Below are positions 33,064-34,199 of a stretch of 34,199 nt of DNA, in pieces. The notes beneath the pieces were generated by a model that was not told the origin of the DNA, made no database searches, and worked only from the letters and a program-made list of their open reading frames with translations. This stretch comes from Chiloscyllium plagiosum (lineage: Eukaryota), in NCBI RefSeq assembly GCF_004010195.1, contig NC_057719.1, forward strand, positions 12,404,137-12,438,335, in the 5' to 3' direction. The first letter of the stretch is position 1, and each line of letters opens with the position of its first letter. Both the position numbers and the translations under genes were made by a program.

Positions 33064-33783
33064 CTGTAGCCTTGTGATCAAAACTAGTATTCTAGCAGCA
33101 TAGACCTAAATCCCTTTGGAACCACCTGCCCTCTACCTTAAGCAAGATTTTTTTTTCTGAAAGAGTGTTAGAATAGGAAACTTCACAACATTTAGGAAGT
33201 GTTTAGATGAATACCTGAAATGCTATAGAAACAGGGCTATGGAATAAGTAGTAGAAAATGGGATTAGAGTGGATGGGCATTCGATGACTGGGTCAAAGAG
33301 CTCCTTCTATGCTGTAAAGTTCTATGACTAGGCCTGGACTAATAATCCAGACATTAAAAAAAGTGCTCAAACCCCGCCATGGCAGTCAGGAAATTTAAGT
33401 TTAAACAAATTTGGAATTTTAAAAATCCTAAAATGATCACAACACAGTAGGCCATTTGGTCCATTATGTCCATGTTGAATTCTTGCATGAGCAATTCACC
33501 AACCCCTATTACCTACCCATTACCCATAGGGTGCTTTTTTATCCTCTCCAGAAAATTATCCAGTTCTCTTTTGAATCTGCATTCACCCATATTTAGACAT
33601 TGCATTCTAGATCATAACCACCTGGTCCATAAAAAAAAATATTCTTTATGTCGGTATTGCGTCTTTTGCCAATCACTTTAAAGTGATGTTCCATTGAGAG
33701 AGTTTCCTCCTGTTTATTCCACAAATGTCTCATAATATAACGTATAAGGCCCCAGTGTCCCAGTATCACTGTACTCACTAATC

Positions 33784-33880
33784 AAAGTTAAAAATCACAA
33801 CACCAGGTTATAGTCCAACAGGTTTATTTGAATGCACTAGCCTTTGGAACGCTGCTCCTTCATCATTTGGTTGTGCAGTA
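33784..33880 (-). mobile_element. Remnant of another hammerhead-bearing Penelope-like family
   Basis: The - strand reads ATGATGA-AGGAGC-AGC-GTTCC-AAAG-GCTAG, a decayed CTGATGA-stem-GAAA core, within sequence unrelated to the other families. Confidence 0.55.
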
Positions 33881-33884
33881 TAAG

Positions 33885-34199
33885 ACCATAAGACATAGGA
33901 GCGGAAGTAAGGCCAATCGGCCCATCGAGTCCACTCCGCCATTCAATCATAGCTGATGGGCATTTCAACTCCACTTACCCGCATTCTCCCCATAGCCCTT
34001 AATTCCTTGTGACATCAAGAATTTATCAATCTCTGCCTTGAAGACATTTAGCGTCCCAGCCTCCACTGCAGACTGCGGCAATGAATTGCACAGGCCCACC
34101 ACTCTCTGGCTGAAGAAATGTCTCCGCATTTCTGTTCTGAATTTACCCCCTCTAATTCTAAGGCTGTGTCCACGGGTCCTAGTCTCCTCGCCTAACGGA
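33885..34199 (-). mobile_element. Young CR1 3' end running off the window
   Basis: ATAAGACCATAAGACATAGG tail repeats. The - strand encodes ETRTRGHSLRIRGGKFRTEMRRHFFSQRVVGLCNSLP. Confidence 0.9.

Noticed and set aside
27514..34199. Further upstream FAM161B exons
   Set aside because: I found no - strand segment with both splice sites and FAM161-like translation. The next exon probably lies beyond the window.
1..34199. CRISPR array, operon or other prokaryotic system
   Set aside because: There is no repeat-spacer array or dense coding. The window is spliced vertebrate genes plus retroelements.

Overview
Eukaryotic, repeat-rich vertebrate DNA, almost certainly from a shark (inferred from HE1-type SINEs and HER1/CR1-type LINEs; probably a bamboo/carpet shark). 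Two genes converge tail to tail. On the + strand are the last three coding exons and about 2 kb of 3' UTR of ZNF410. On the - strand are the last four coding exons of FAM161B, the same neighbour arrangement I recall from human. All seven exons have GT/AG boundaries and join in frame. The rest is nested mobile DNA (CR1/L2 LINE fragments, tRNA-derived SINEs, one solo LTR with a TSD), a 444-bp tandem duplication and a 927-N gap. Main findings: (1) about 11 remnants of Penelope-like retroelements, several carrying minimal hammerhead ribozyme motifs. Four have 12-16 bp target-site duplications, and one has an intact core in sense orientation in the last ZNF410 intron. (2) The ZNF410 stop is TGA-CTA, a readthrough context, followed by an 18-codon in-frame extension resembling the mammalian C-terminus. 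Gene and repeat names come from remembered sequences, not database searches. TE boundaries are approximate unless a TSD is given.
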